DNA of 61,292 nucleotides, filler included, from Sphacelaria rigidula (GCA_964200075.2; 5 parts of 5 records of this genome joined end to end with filler, not necessarily neighbours in it); one strand, 5' to 3'; positions 14,343 to 27,135 are shown, numbered from the whole stretch's first letter. Numbers and translations: made by a program. Notes: generated by a model from the letters alone, not told the origin.

Positions 14343-14922
14343 TACAGTGCGTAGGCCATAGGAGGCCACCAAGTCCGAAGTAGGGAAAATGCATCATTCG
14401 GCATACTGAACGAGTCAGGGCAGGGCAGGGCGAGGCGAGACGATGCACGATGCACGATAAGATAACTCAAGGCAAGGCAAGGCAAGGCACAGTAAAACGA
14501 CGCGACAAGGGCCAATGGATAGGGACAATGAAACCCGACACACTAAAACAAATCAAATCAAGAACGAAACGAAAGACAAGGCAAGGTTAAATTGAAAGGC
14601 AAAACAAGGAATTAAGGGCGGTGTCGTCAGTCGGTCACGGAAGTCGCGACGCGCTCTACCTCCTCCATCTTCGTTTCATCTTTGGCAGTGGTGCAGGGGG
14701 GGCTGCCCTTGGCTTGTCGATTGCACTTCCTTTCGCTTTGTTTTCCCTTTGCCGGTTCCATATGTGCACACGACCATTGCGGCCCAACATCATGGTTGTG
14801 TGGGACACAGCATCGTATGTCGATTTAAGCCCCTTTAGGTTTGTTTGTGCAGAGGTTGTAGTGGACACTGTCGCGTTGGGTTGGATTGGACTGCCACATC
14901 TTAAGATTGGGTTGGTGGTTGG

Positions 14923-15133
14923 TGTAATGCGTGAGAGGACCGCGTGCTTAGAGGACCACGCCGTAGTCAAAAACACGTCAGGATGGACGTTTGTCAAAAC
15001 CAATCGGGCCGGTTCCTGCAGGTACCACGCCCCTGACCATAACCCTAACCCTCACTCTAACCCTAACCCTCACCATAGGAATGTTCAAATTCCGATGCGG
15101 TCCTCTAAGCACGCGGTCCTCTCACGCATTACA
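14923..15133. mobile_element. 211-bp MITE with TGT...ACA termini, 35-bp perfect TIR, 5-bp TSD and internal CCCTAA repeats
   Basis: TIR TGTAATGCGTGAGAGGACCGCGTGCTTAGAGGACC, with TSD GTTGG on both sides. Confidence 0.9.
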
Positions 15134-15436
15134 GTTGGGGTGGGTTCACTGTCTCGTGTGGATGTGTTGCGTGGTCCGGTGATGATGAATAGGTGGAAGA
15201 ACTGAGATGGTGGGGGCTTCGACATGAATACAGGATACCCGTATGAAGGCGAATCAAACACCGATCCAAACCTACCTTCTCGTACGCAAGTGTTTGTTTC
15301 GTAGAACCGAGTAAAGAGCCAAAGACGGCAACTATGGCTTTGATCTTCAGGTAAAACAAGGCTTAATCTGGCTGCCCGGTTTCGAGTCTAATAGGCCTAT
15401 CCAGGAAGAACCAGCTTACACCTGTTTTGCGCCCAA

Positions 15437-15694
15437 GAGTGATGCTGCGATAGGATCTGCACTTTTGGGGCCAAAACCGGCCTAATTCAGGGGTTCCTAA
15501 AATTAGGAACTACACAAGAATATGGGTCAGGATATCTCCGTTTGCAAATCCATTCGGGATATCCCTAGCAAATTGGAAGAAAAACCCTGGCGTACTCTCA
15601 CCTATTTCGAAAGTCGTGTTTTGGATTAGATAAAGGGTTCCTAACAACTCTACTCTCCGGCCGTAAAAGTGCTGACCCTATCGCAGCATCACTC
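15437..15694 (-). mobile_element. MITE family A, copy 3 (diverged subfamily, reversed)
   Basis: TIR GAGTGATGCTGCGATAGG, TSD CCAA, body homologous in reverse. Confidence 0.85.
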
Positions 15695-16657
15695 CCAAGC
15701 TGCATCCACCGTAGGGGATACCCTCAGCCCCCTCCTGTGTCGGCAAGGTCTCTGATCGTTTGTCGAAGGATCTCCCAGAAACGTTGCCGGAAACCGACCG
15801 GACTGTACCGGTGGCTCCCCATCCCCATCCACTCGTAGTATAAATTCCGCCATGCATCGCATTGACTGTGTCCTGATGCCGTCAGGTATCTGGGGGCTCT
15901 TCTGGTTGTTGATGTATCGCTCCTGCTGGCCATGTGCATCTTCGACCATCCGCGAGTGGAATCCATTACGACCACCGAGGTAGTATCAGGGAAGTTCGTT
16001 GATGTGGAGCATACGGAGTGCGACTTTGGCCGTTTCCGCTCGGTGAACTGGGCGCTGGGTGCCTACCACGCTCTCATCGCTGTGGCGGGCTGTGTAACGA
16101 GCTACATGGCACGGAACGTGGGTTCACAATGTGAGCCAATGCGCGGTGCCATTATAGCCTGTGACTGTACTCATAGAGGCAAGCTTCAAGTGCGCGCCGC
16201 ACTGAATGGATCGGAACGACGTGGTGGACTACAGCAGTAGAACAATGAATATCGTGAGCTGATGGAGAGCTCCTCCGTGGGGTGAAGCACGTGGAGGATG
16301 AATTTGCTCTTTGTGCGCGATCTATACTTACTACCTACGACTGACATACCTCTTGACCACCATCGATAAGAGAAGATGAGTTGATGTACGACGAATGCAC
16401 GAGTGAGTGGAGCGCTCACGAAAAACGAACTAAACCAATGACCAGGTGTCGTACGAATATGTTAGTGTATGTACTTGTGCACGTTTGTGTATCATGCATT
16501 GCACGTGCGTTTGCAAGTTAGACCCTCCGTGTGCGGACGAATGCTGTTGTATTCAATGCATGACTGAGTGGATCAGTGGTCGAATGCGTGACCGATGAAC
16601 GAGCACATGAACATCAAATGAATTGACCAATGAAGCAATGCACGCACTTTCAACGAA

Positions 16658-17359
16658 GACGGGATCTTACAATTGGGGATGGATCTTTTATTGGGGATGA
16701 GAAACCCGGACAATTAAAATCTTCGTATCCACATCAAATATTCGAAATATGATTCCATTTCTTCACCTACTGATAGCTTTTGACAACTACTACACGTCAC
16801 ACAAGAGTGATGCTATGGTAGGGGTGAACAAATATGTTCTGAGGTTAGAATTGTTGGGAGCCCTTTATCTCATACAAAATGCGAGCTATGAAAATATGTG
16901 AAAGTACGCCAGGATTACTACTCCAATGTGCTGGGGATATCCCGAATGAATTTGCAAACGGAGATATCCTGACCCACATTTTTGTGCATTTTAAATCGTA
17001 AGGAGCCCCTGAACAAGACATAATTTCGCGAAAAAAGTGTACCCCTACCGTAGCATTACTCACAAATTTGGATCTCGATAACCGAAATGTTGGGGTCCCA
17101 GGTGAAAAACCAATTTAGGGGAATTTTGGGTTTCCGAACGGACGCCAAAATGGTCCCGAAAATGATTTTTTAAAATCTAGAACCGCAACGTTTTGGTGAT
17201 CGAAATCCAAATTCAGTGGCGTGTAGTAGTTGTCAAAAGCTATTACTAGGTGCAGAAATGGAACCATATTTCGAAGATTTGGTGTGGATACGAAGATTTT
17301 AAATCTGTGGGTTTCTCATCCCCAAGAAAAGATCCATCCCCAATTTGTGAGATCCCGTG
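16658..17359. mobile_element. Long-TIR (about 140 bp) non-autonomous element hosting MITE A
   Basis: 16659-16800 is the inverted complement of about 17215-17358. Flanks TCAACGAA/TCAACGGC suggest an 8-bp TSD. A related fragment lies at about 11598-11770. Confidence 0.8.
16805..17061 (+). mobile_element. MITE family A, copy 4 (nested in another MITE)
   Basis: Same TIR and body, TSD ACAA. Confidence 0.9.
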
Positions 17360-18754
17360 TCAACGGCTAGTCGTAAAATAGTATTCTGAACTGTTGCCGC
17401 TGCACGCTAATCGCAGATATGGAGACCCAATCCCTTGCCGTTGCAACATGGTCGATGTCGCTAATCTTGGGCACTCTTGCGATCGTCTCGGCAACGACGT
17501 CAGGCGACACATCGGCGTCCAGTAAGGTACAGTGCAGCACCGGGGAATTTAAATTTCTCGTTTTTTTTTCACGATTCTCCAACGTGTACCTCGACGGGGA
17601 CGCCAAGATTATAGTGTTGCCCACTAGAATCAACGCTTCTTCATTGGGGGTGTCTGTCCGTCGAAGCCTTGCTACCCTTCACTTGAGCTTGAGATCTGAA
17701 CAGGATACAAAGTTACCACGACCTTGACGCGCCGCCTTTGTTCTTGTTGTCCTCGCTGAGGTCACGGATATACTACTCGGCACGCGGTTTGGTTCTCATT
17801 TCGAAATCGCTTCATAGGGTGTATCCCGAAACCTTGACGCTAATTCCGATGCTGGCTGAGAGAATCCTCCACATGGTGTTGTACAACGAGTGATTGTTGA
17901 TATCATAAGTCTTGTGCCTGCTCGCCATCATGCGGACAACGGTTCGCTCTTGGTCCGTAAGCGCGGCCTGTAGCAGTATCTACACCGGGAATGTGAGGAA
18001 CATCACCATTCGACCTTTTTTGCAGGATCCCGTGCCAGCAGCGAAGGGTGACCTCAGCCGAAAACCCTCCCACGCTTTACAATACATATTTGAGTGAACA
18101 ACAGGTGCTGCTGACCAGCGTGGGCACAAACACGTCTGCGATGATCGCACTACTCTGCATATACGGGCCCAAAGTCGCGTGGGTTCACTTCAAACTTCCA
18201 GAAGCTCCGACGGAGCATTCACGACTGCCGACTTCCGGAACGTCAAAGGCCCTGGTGAGTTGCTCAAATCGCCAACTTCTCCGTCAACACTGTTGCAACG
18301 CCATCCTATGCGGTCATACGTTTTACGCTGTCCCCTCCAGTCAGTGCCATCAAAAATCGGTGGCATTCTACTGCTCTGTGCAGAACTGTAGGTGCTTCAG
18401 CTACATTATTGAGCTAGAGCTAGCTCGCGAGGTGCATCAGTCTCGTCGCTGCCCAACTGCAACCTGATCAGTACACCTTGCCTACTAGCCTGATGAAACT
18501 ATTTAGTTTGTGTGCACTTCCTGGCTGCATATTAACAGGCAGTTCTTATCGACTGATGGGATCATTTAGACATGAAAGTACGATTCCCCCCCCCCGCCCC
18601 GTCTTGTCTCTCTCACGCGCACGCCCTACTCGGCATGTAGTTGTTGACTTTCGCCGAGATGAAGTCGTCGAAACAGATTATCGCGATAGAAGGCCGAGCG
18701 AGTATAAGGGAGAAGTCACCTGTCCTGCCTCCAATTCGGCCGCCACAAAATAAC

Positions 18755-18888
18755 AAAAAGGAGAGCAAAAAAGAGCACAAAGAAGAGCGCAAAAAAGAGC
18801 ACAAAAAAAAACACAAAAAGGAGCACAAAAAGGAGCACAAAAAGGAGAAAACAACGGAGCACACAGCGGAGCACACAACGGAGCGCAA
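18755..18888 (+). repeat. 12-bp minisatellite (AAAAAGGAGCAC-like)
   Basis: About 11 degenerate units, which produce the spurious KKEH repeats. Confidence 0.85.
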
Positions 18889-19259
18889 TTAAGCCCCAGA
18901 AGAACTCGCACAGCAACCTTGCACCTTGCAGCTGGATGATATGACACGGTATTGGTCATCTCCGGTTTTGGTTGGAATACCTATTGATCAACTACGGCAG
19001 AAACACCGTCATTGGTTGATTTATCGATGCATGATGAGTGGTATTAAATGGCCTCTGTTTTTTTTTTCAAAAACTACTCGAATTACTGTGGAAGACATCT
19101 CTTTGCAATGACACATCAGAGATTGATGCCACACACATATGTATGAAGAACCAGTGCATGCAGGTACAAGGTGGGAACGGTCCGAATGGACCAGATTACC
19201 GGGACTCTGTGAGGCCAACGATACTAGACAACTCGGAGTGATGTCGGGAAGAGCCCGAT

Positions 19260-19511
19260 GACACTTTCTACGATAGCCCCCCCCCAGAAAGTGCATGGTT
19301 TTGGGAGGCAAAATCTTCACGCAAATAGAACTGGGGAAAGCCGAGCACAACCAGAAGCTGGGAATTCCCACACTTGGGTCTGTTCTAGCCAATGTCGCCA
19401 ATTTGAGGCGCTTCATGCAGCCTGAACCCGAACATCGGGCGCTGTATGGCCATTGTTTTCGTGACAATTTTAGCTGGGTTTTTTTTTGGGGGGGGTATCG
19501 TAGAAAGTGTC
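19260..19511 (+). mobile_element. About 250-bp MITE family B (TIR GACACTTTCTACGATA), copy 1
   Basis: TIRs with subterminal C/G runs. Homologous to 26167-26403, 30917-31170 and 59497-59700. Confidence 0.85.
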
Positions 19512-19932
19512 ATATCAGGTCGGTCGAACATCCCCCGAGGAAAAGGGTGCACCTCACGGTGCACCACATTTTTTTCCCGTCGGACCCCCTTCTTGCCTAC
19601 ATTACAAAGAGGAAATCATCGCCAGCCTTGGGGTTCCTTCGGCATTAGGATGACATCTCCAACGACAGTCTTACCCGGAGGTCTCTATCTACCCTCGCGA
19701 TACGCGTTCCTCATATTTGACGACGGCAAAACAAAACTCAGGCAAGACAGACCATAGAATAAAACCAGACTGTACACCATAGCGAAGAAGAAACCACATA
19801 AAAAAAACTGGCCAATGAAGCGGAAATCTCGCGGGGACCAACTCGGTCAGTTTTGCAACAACTCAGTCGAAGGACAGCCCACAAGCCATCGCTCGTTCAC
19901 CAAAGTCTGTCACCCCATCCACTTCTGCCTCG

Positions 19933-21140
19933 TTGGCAAAAGCTTCAACGTCAAGAGACGCAGCTAAGTCAGCTACAGCCATGCGTCAGCTAACGCTTCG
20001 GCGTCAACCCAGCTACCAGGCCACCGCGAGGGAAAATATGGCAGCGACGATTCAGACGATTCCCAACAGAGTATCTACAGCACGATACGATGTGTCACGC
20101 GATTCTTCGACCGTATCCTCATCCTCCATGCTAGCCCCAGCACCGCCATCCATTATGAAAGAGCGTGCCTCTGAGCTAGCGTATGAGACGCTGGAGAGGA
20201 GTAATGTCGAGGGGACGGAGCCAGCTCCGTGGGTCATGCAAGCGCTAGGGTTTGCTGTGCTGCAGGACGAAGAGATCGCACAGGTGTCGGCGTCTTGCAA
20301 TCCCGTAGCTTCAGAAATCGAACATTCAGGTAACCGCAGGATGCTACAGAACAGTATGACTGACCCCTCGGATAGTGTCGAGGAATCAGTCGACACTTCC
20401 GATGTCGAATTGACTAACACTACGGCAATCCAATATACAAATAAGTCTATCTAGTACCCTGACGTTAAATCTGCGAACACGCCTCACGAACGCACATGGA
20501 GATGACAACAAAATAGAAACTCTGCCCCGTGCTGACTCCGCGACAAATAACCGGCAGTAGCACTACCGGAACTAAAGCATTCCCGATGAAACAGTCAGAG
20601 CTCCCGCCAATGTTGGCCCTAGAAGGAAAATGGAGCGAAGACTTGCCCGCAATTCTCGGCGCCTTTCTCAATCGAGTTAGGATTCACGCTCCCGACGATT
20701 GTGCAGAATTCACAGTATAAGGCCATGTCATCAAATACTCACCACTTATCCTCCGAAGGTCAGTAGTAAAGTTGAACACTCCCCTGGGAAGCGGAAGAGT
20801 AGAGTGGCAACCACCGGCGGTAATACGAGACCTCGAATCGAGAGGAATATATACGGCGCCCATAGCCCCTAATACATGAACGGAATTGATTGCGGCATAC
20901 ACTCACCGTTTCTCTCTACCGAACCGACCAGCACTGTTAGCCGGCGCAGTAGACGATCTCAAACAGAAAGACGACCAGACCGTAGACAACTATGCACCGG
21001 AATGTACGACTTCGATGAAAAGATTCGTGACCGAGGCCTTACGAGTCAAATGTCCTGGCCACGACACGCTTCGCTTCATAGTAGACGTGATCACAACAGC
21101 AGCGTTTGAGGCTGGCCTACGAGTAGAGTCAAAATGGTGA
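19933..21140 (+). pseudogene. Decayed Ty3/Gypsy-like gag fragment
   Basis: ELIAAYTHRF...DDLKQKDDQTVDNY...AAFEAGL resembles the retrotransposon gag capsid signature (LxQ..TV..Y, F..GL). Interrupted by stops. Confidence 0.55.
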
Positions 21141-22169
21141 GAGAAGACAATGAGCCCGACTTTCAGTGACAGCTAGAGGCAAAACATGTTGCAAACATCC
21201 TCGTCGATGTAGTCTATGATAATTGTGCTTTGAATGGAATTGTTGTAACAAAAACTAGCGGTAGTACAACCTGTTGCGGTTCAACGAAACTGCAAACCAT
21301 GTAGTACAGTTCCATTGTATCTTTTCATGCAGAGTATCTCTTTTGTGTTGATTAATAGTCTACCTGTTTGAATGAGGTCTCAAGTAGGGTATTGCTGGAG
21401 TAGGCGTAATGTCATGATTTGTGAATACTCTAGCGAGTATCCAGGCCACGTAAGCTGTAGGATATCTCGTGTGTAAGTTGGCAGTAGATCTGAGCTGGCA
21501 AGGCTACCGCGTCAGCAGTACCGAGGTTGAATTGTATGATACGATTCAACCCTACGCACGTGTAGAAGATTTCGCTCTTTGTTCCAAGATTGAGCATGTT
21601 TGTAATCGGTGGTTCCTACCGCCCTTACAATCAATCTTCTTCACTACATCCAGTTCTCTGCTTTGGGAAGAGACTGCGCGTTCTGTTTTGTCTTGGCCGG
21701 ATGGAGAGCACAATCAACCATTTGTCTTGCCTATTTCTATTCTGAGCTGCAGAAGCTAGTGGTTTGACTACCACCGTGCAACCTCTGCAATACCATTGTC
21801 TTCGTGACGGTCGTCTGTCTATTTCGAGGACAGTACCAAACACCACGAGCCAAATATTCCCAACAGTTATGAGACTCGATTTGCGACCACGTAGTCCATC
21901 AGGTCATCAGTCTTCGATTCGAGACTACATCGGTCAACATGAGCGAGGGGACGTCACTTCAAGGTCGTCTCACCAGCACCAGCTAGAAGACCAAGAAAAC
22001 AGATTATTTCTAAGGATCCACAGGAGTGAAAAGAAAGTCTTACCAATGAAACTTGTTGCAGATGAATATGTAGGGAGAGCAATCTGTAACTCAGCTCGTC
22101 AGGAGTATCAACAAGTTCGACGGTACGAAGTTCGTCGAGTGGACGCGCTCTACGCGCGCGATAATATTC

Positions 22170-23150
22170 TTGAGCCATCTGGGGATTTCTGATATCCTGA
22201 ACGGGGTTGAACGCCCCACGGAAATTTATGATGAAGCCTTTTCTGAGGTGGGTCACCCACAACCAGCTGCCAGATGGACATTGAGAACAAGCCCCAATGC
22301 GACCCATTCCAGAAGCCATCAGCAGCCGCCCGCTCGTTCGCCTTCATCATCGGTGGGGGCAACCACGAGGAGCGAGGCGGCAGCAGCGGCGGGTGATACT
22401 GAAATCGCTGATAATCATACCCCACCTCCTGTTCGAAAATTGTCTGATCATCCCAGCGTGGCGTCACATGTGAGACAAATTATGAACACGCGTGACATAG
22501 ACAACTGGGACCGGTATAACGAACAGTTGTTCAACGTTTTGTATTCGTCGACAACTGGTTCAGCGGCAAGTTGCCTCTTGCGTCTTCAGCCGAAGGGTTC
22601 AGAGAAACCAAACGGCAAATGTGCGTGAGAAGGTCTGGTAGCTAAATACCAGAATTCATCTAAACAAAGACCCCGCTTACTCATGCGACAACTGGGCAAC
22701 ATGGCCATCTCATCGGGGCAAGATTCGGACGTCTTCCTTGCAAAACCATTCCAGCTTCGAGACGAACTCGTTCACATTGGCGAGCCCATCTCCGATGAAA
22801 GATGAACTGATATTGTAATCGAGGGTCTAACCTGCGACTACGATCAGATAAAAAATAACGCCGAGCGAGACCTGGAGTTTGGCACCGGGGAAATCGGAAG
22901 TAACCGGCGCAACATGTATGCCGATAGACTGGCACGCAAAGTAATAGCGAGCAAATCCCATGGCCATGATTCTTCAATGCTGGCAACATCCATGTCGAAC
23001 TCTTCGACCAAACCCTCGAAATTTCGTGGAAAATGCTACTCCTGTGGAAAACCAGGCCATCATATGCGTGACTGCCGTTCTAGAGGGCAAACAAACCACC
23101 GGATCAGGTCTGTAAGATGGTGCAGTTTCACCAAACAGACAAACACGACG
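22170..23150 (+). pseudogene. Decayed Ty1/Copia gag with CCHC zinc knuckle
   Basis: WDRYNEQLFNVLYSSTTGSAASCLL...NGKCA*EGLVAKYQNSSKQR..LMRQL...RDELVHIGEPISDE...KCYSCGKPGHHMRDC, with stops and frameshifts. Confidence 0.85.
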
Positions 23151-23249
23151 ACCCTGAGTGTAGGAAGTAAGTGAACAACAGGAATGTGAGCACCAACACC
23201 GGTAACAACAATAATCAGCACCGTCGCAGTATCCCCCGTCGTCCCAATA

Positions 23250-23263
23250 ACGACAGCAACAGC

Positions 23264-23301
<38 letters not shown>

Positions 23302-23546
23302 CGACGACGACGGGTTCCCTGTCCCCCAGACAGGCATCGATGAACGAGGGAAGACTTTTACAGGCGGATACAACACACATGGGGGCCCGGAGAAGTTTCT
23401 TTCCATCATAAACAACAACAACAACAACAACAACGACGACGACGACGGCTTCCCTGTCCCCCAGACAGGCATCGATGAACGAGGGAAGACTTTTACAGGC
23501 GGATACAACACACATGGGGGCCCGGAGAAGTTTCTTTCCATCATAA
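23250..23546 (-). repeat. 135-bp tandem duplication, each copy ending in (GTC)n(GTT)n on the minus strand
   Basis: An identical core of about 97 bp starts at 23315 and 23450. Confidence 0.92.
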
Positions 23547-24460
23547 TCTGTGTTTTCAAAGCTGCAAAGTGTTCCACGCGCATTATTTTCTAATACAAGC
23601 GGTGCCTCGTCGAATTCTGTTGCGTTGTTCAAGCCCTGCCTGATGCTGATCCCCGAAAAGTTTCGTATTGCTGTTCCATGGTTTCTTCGGATGTTTAAGT
23701 GGACCCGAAGCGGCCACCTTCCCTGAGGTTTTCAGAACCGTTTTTATTTTGTGGATGCAGATGAAATACATCAAACTCTATCGCTTTCACAAGTGTTGCG
23801 ACTTCGATGTTGTTATCGTGACGACTTCTGAGCAGCCGGGAGGATGCGCCGTAGAGGAAGGAAAGGTAGCAATGATCCGGTTTGCCTGCCGTACTGCCGA
23901 CCGCGTCGCGTGAAAGCCGCAAGACCCTTTCTGTCGGCGGTTGATGGCGTGGGTCTCGAATGCAACGGCATGCGGTTGATCGTAAAGTACTCTCGTCTAT
24001 CCTCCCAACTTGCAACAATAGCCATGACCTCCTGACATCGGAATAATTATTACTTATGGGAACCCACTCGTACTACTGTACCGAGCTGTTCAGCGTGTGC
24101 TGCAGGTTGCGGCATGGGCTGAAGCCTATGCGCCACGCTAGCAACAGTTAGATCACCACCATAGGTATCTTTTGTCACTCCGCAGATCAAATAGGTTTGT
24201 ACAAGTGTTTGATTTCTCATACACCCTCCTCAACTGGCGTGTGGCATGCCCTTCTTCTCGGGCACCCCCTTGTGAGAGGTCGGCGAATACCAACGATGAA
24301 CAACACCTCCTAAGTTCAAATTGGATATATCTGTTATTGCCGCAGCATCGTCCTTGCTGGCATGTGTGTGACAGAGAACAGTAGTAGCGGTGACGGGAAC
24401 ATTGCCCAATTTTTTCAACATGTTTTTCAGCGCACAGAGGCACGTCCTGTCCAAAAGGAG

Positions 24461-24560
24461 NNNNNNNNNNNNNNNNNNNNNNNNNNNNNNNNNNNNNNNN
24501 NNNNTTAATTAATTAANNNNNNNNNNNNNNNNNNNNNNNNNNNNNNNNNNNNNNNNNNNN
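24461..24560. other. Artificial contig-joining spacer
   Basis: Same N/TTAATTAATTAA/N linker. Confidence 0.97.
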
Positions 24561-25408
24561 CAGGGAAAGCACGGCTTTTGAGTTGAACCTCATTTGTTTT
24601 TCAATCCCACTTTCGAGAATCCACTGTTTGTTGAAGCTTTTCAGCGGAATACTCATGTGGGATGATGAAGTTCGTACGTTTTTCCATGTCATACCCTCCG
24701 AGCCCCTCCACCCACGCCCCTCCATCTTTTTCGGTACGGAAGGTAGCATTTGGTATGACTTGCGTCTATTAACATTGCTATTTTTGAACTCATGAACGTT
24801 CTCGTGCTGCCGCACAATGTAGGATTCTCCTGATCACCCTAGTGTAGTCGTCATCTTACGCTCGTACTCTCACCGAAAGCAGTGCTCGCTTTGTAGATAT
24901 TATACCCCAATTCTAGTAGTTTCGAAGAAAATAAATGTTCGATTCGCGCTAGGTTGGTGTATGTGATGCTCGATACGAGTTGGGCCAGCCTTGAAGCGGA
25001 TTTGTAGTTTGTGGGCCCATTCGCAGCTCAATATTTAGAGGTGGACCTTACTATTTGATATGGGCAATGAATAATAATAGGCCACAATAAAAAGACGTAC
25101 GAGTCGATCCAAAGCTTCTTCTCCATGAGTTAACGGCATTCTACTGAGCCTGAAAAGTGACTATTGTCTTTAACTATGAAAGAAAAACAAAGCTTCGGGT
25201 CCATGCGTGCGTTCTTCTATTATGGCCTATTCGTTGTCGATATCAAATTTCAAGGTACAACTCAAACAATTGAGCTGCGGGTGGGCCGTTTGAAAACCGG
25301 GCCGAACGAAATTCGGAACAGCATATTGCGGGCCACTTAACGACCCGGGTTTGCTACTTGTGCATTGGAATTTTTTGTGGGATCTCGCTAGAGCATGAAG
25401 CAAGACAA

Positions 25409-25830
25409 AACAGTGGATTCTCGAATATGAGGTTGAAACAAAAAATGAGTTTTGACTCAAACGCCGTGCTTTCCCTTACCTAAATTTACGACAAATCACT
25501 TTCATATGGATGACCCCATCCCTCCCGACCTGCCTGGAATTATTTCGGGGGATTTATGGCCTTCCGTTCCCCCAAAGGGTATGTGCGAAAGCACGATTTT
25601 CGGGCCAAAACAAATCCTTTTTTCACCCCGAAATCGAGGCAAAAGTGTGCTTTCGCACATACCCTTTGGGGAACGGAAGACTAGAAACCCCCCAAATAGT
25701 TTGAGGGAGGTCGGGAGGGACGAGGTCGTCCATATGAAAGTAATTTGTCATGAATTCAGGTCAGGGAAAGCACGGCTTTTGAGTCAAAACTCATTTTTTG
25801 TTTCAACCTCATTTTTGAGAACCCACCGTT
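25409..25830. mobile_element. Foldback-type MITE (almost entirely self-complementary)
   Basis: About 190-bp arms (AACAGTGGATTCTC...AAAGCAC versus GTGCTTT...GAGAACCCACCGTT). A partial second copy lies at 24561-24628. Confidence 0.85.
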
Positions 25831-26166
25831 AGCGGTGGATCAGTTTTTCTTTCTATTGGTCTAGGACGTTTGAATATGGTAGAGACCGTTTTTCCCGACG
25901 AACGCTCCAACCTCCTTCCCAAAACGAAAGTGGAGGCTCTCTTTTTTTGAGGATGTCGTTGCCCTTCTCCATGCTCAGTGTAAAATTACACTTCGAGAAA
26001 TTGAGCTAAACAAATTGAGAAAAGATTCAAGAGCAACGTTTTTTTCGTCAAAACTCACCCGAAAAAACGACAAAAAGTGAAGAAAAAATGTGATGCAGGA
26101 GAGTGAGAAGGACCCAGCAGATGCCCTTTTCGGGTTGAAGGTATGTAGAGTGCGGTGATAGCCCCC

Positions 26167-26403
26167 GACACTTTCTACGATAGCCTCTCCCCCAAAAGTG
26201 CCTGGTTTGGGGAGGCAAAATCTTCACGTGAATCGAAATGGGAAAAGCCGAGCACAACGAGCAGCTGGGAACTCCCACGCTTGGGCTAGTTATCGCCAAT
26301 GTTACCCATATATATAAGCGAAACATCAGGCGCTGTATGACCATTGTTTTCGTGACACATTTGGGCTGTTTTTTTTGGGGGGGGGGCTTTTGTAGAAAGT
26401 GTC
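26167..26403 (+). mobile_element. MITE family B, copy 2
   Basis: Same TIR and body. Confidence 0.85.
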
Positions 26404-26499
26404 CCCCCTCTTTTCTTGACTCGATGTGAATGTTTAGGATGCTCGTGCACGTCGGCCGAGACGACGTCGAAACGAGTGCATTCGTTAGTGTTTTTTTTA

Positions 26500-27135
26500 C
26501 ACATCGAGGATGACTCGTATGCTTGAGTGATATATTTTGAAAGCAACGAGCATGACTCGTTTGCGCTCATCTTTTTCACCACGGGCAACGACTCGAGCAC
26601 TCGAGTCATTAATTTTTCCACCACGAGCAATGACTCGAGTGGTCGAGCTATTTTTAGTTTTCACCATGAGAAACGACTCGAGTGCTCGAGTCATTTATTT
26701 CTTCACCACAAGCTTTTACTCGCTTGCCCGAGTCATTCATTTTTTCACCACGAGCAGTAAATCTTTTGCTCGAGTCAGTTCATTTTCAATCAGTCATCTT
26801 ACTTTTTCAACCACGAGAATCTTCAACCACGAGTACTGACGCGTATACTCGAGTCATTTACTTTCCCAATCACGAGCGCAGACTCGTGTGCTTGAGTCAT
26901 CGTTTTTTTCAGCCGAGAGCAAATGACTCCTGTGCTCGCGCTGTTCATTTTTTGAACCACGAGCGGTGACGCGTGGGCTGGAGTAATATACTTCTTCAGC
27001 ACGAGTAATGACTCGACTGTTCAAGTTATTCATTTTTTGAACCACGAGCAATGACTCGTTTGCTCGAGTCATTGCTTTTTTCCACCACAAGCGATGGCTC
27101 GTTTGCTCGAGTAATTTGTTTTTTCCACCACGAGC
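26500..27135. repeat. About 42-bp palindromic minisatellite, about 15 units
   Basis: Consensus CCACGAGCAATGACTCGnnTGCTCGAGTCATTnATTTTTCA. Confidence 0.9.

Noticed and set aside
26500..27135. CRISPR-like appearance of the palindromic repeat array
   Set aside because: Whole units repeat with no unique spacers, there are no cas genes, and the context is eukaryotic.
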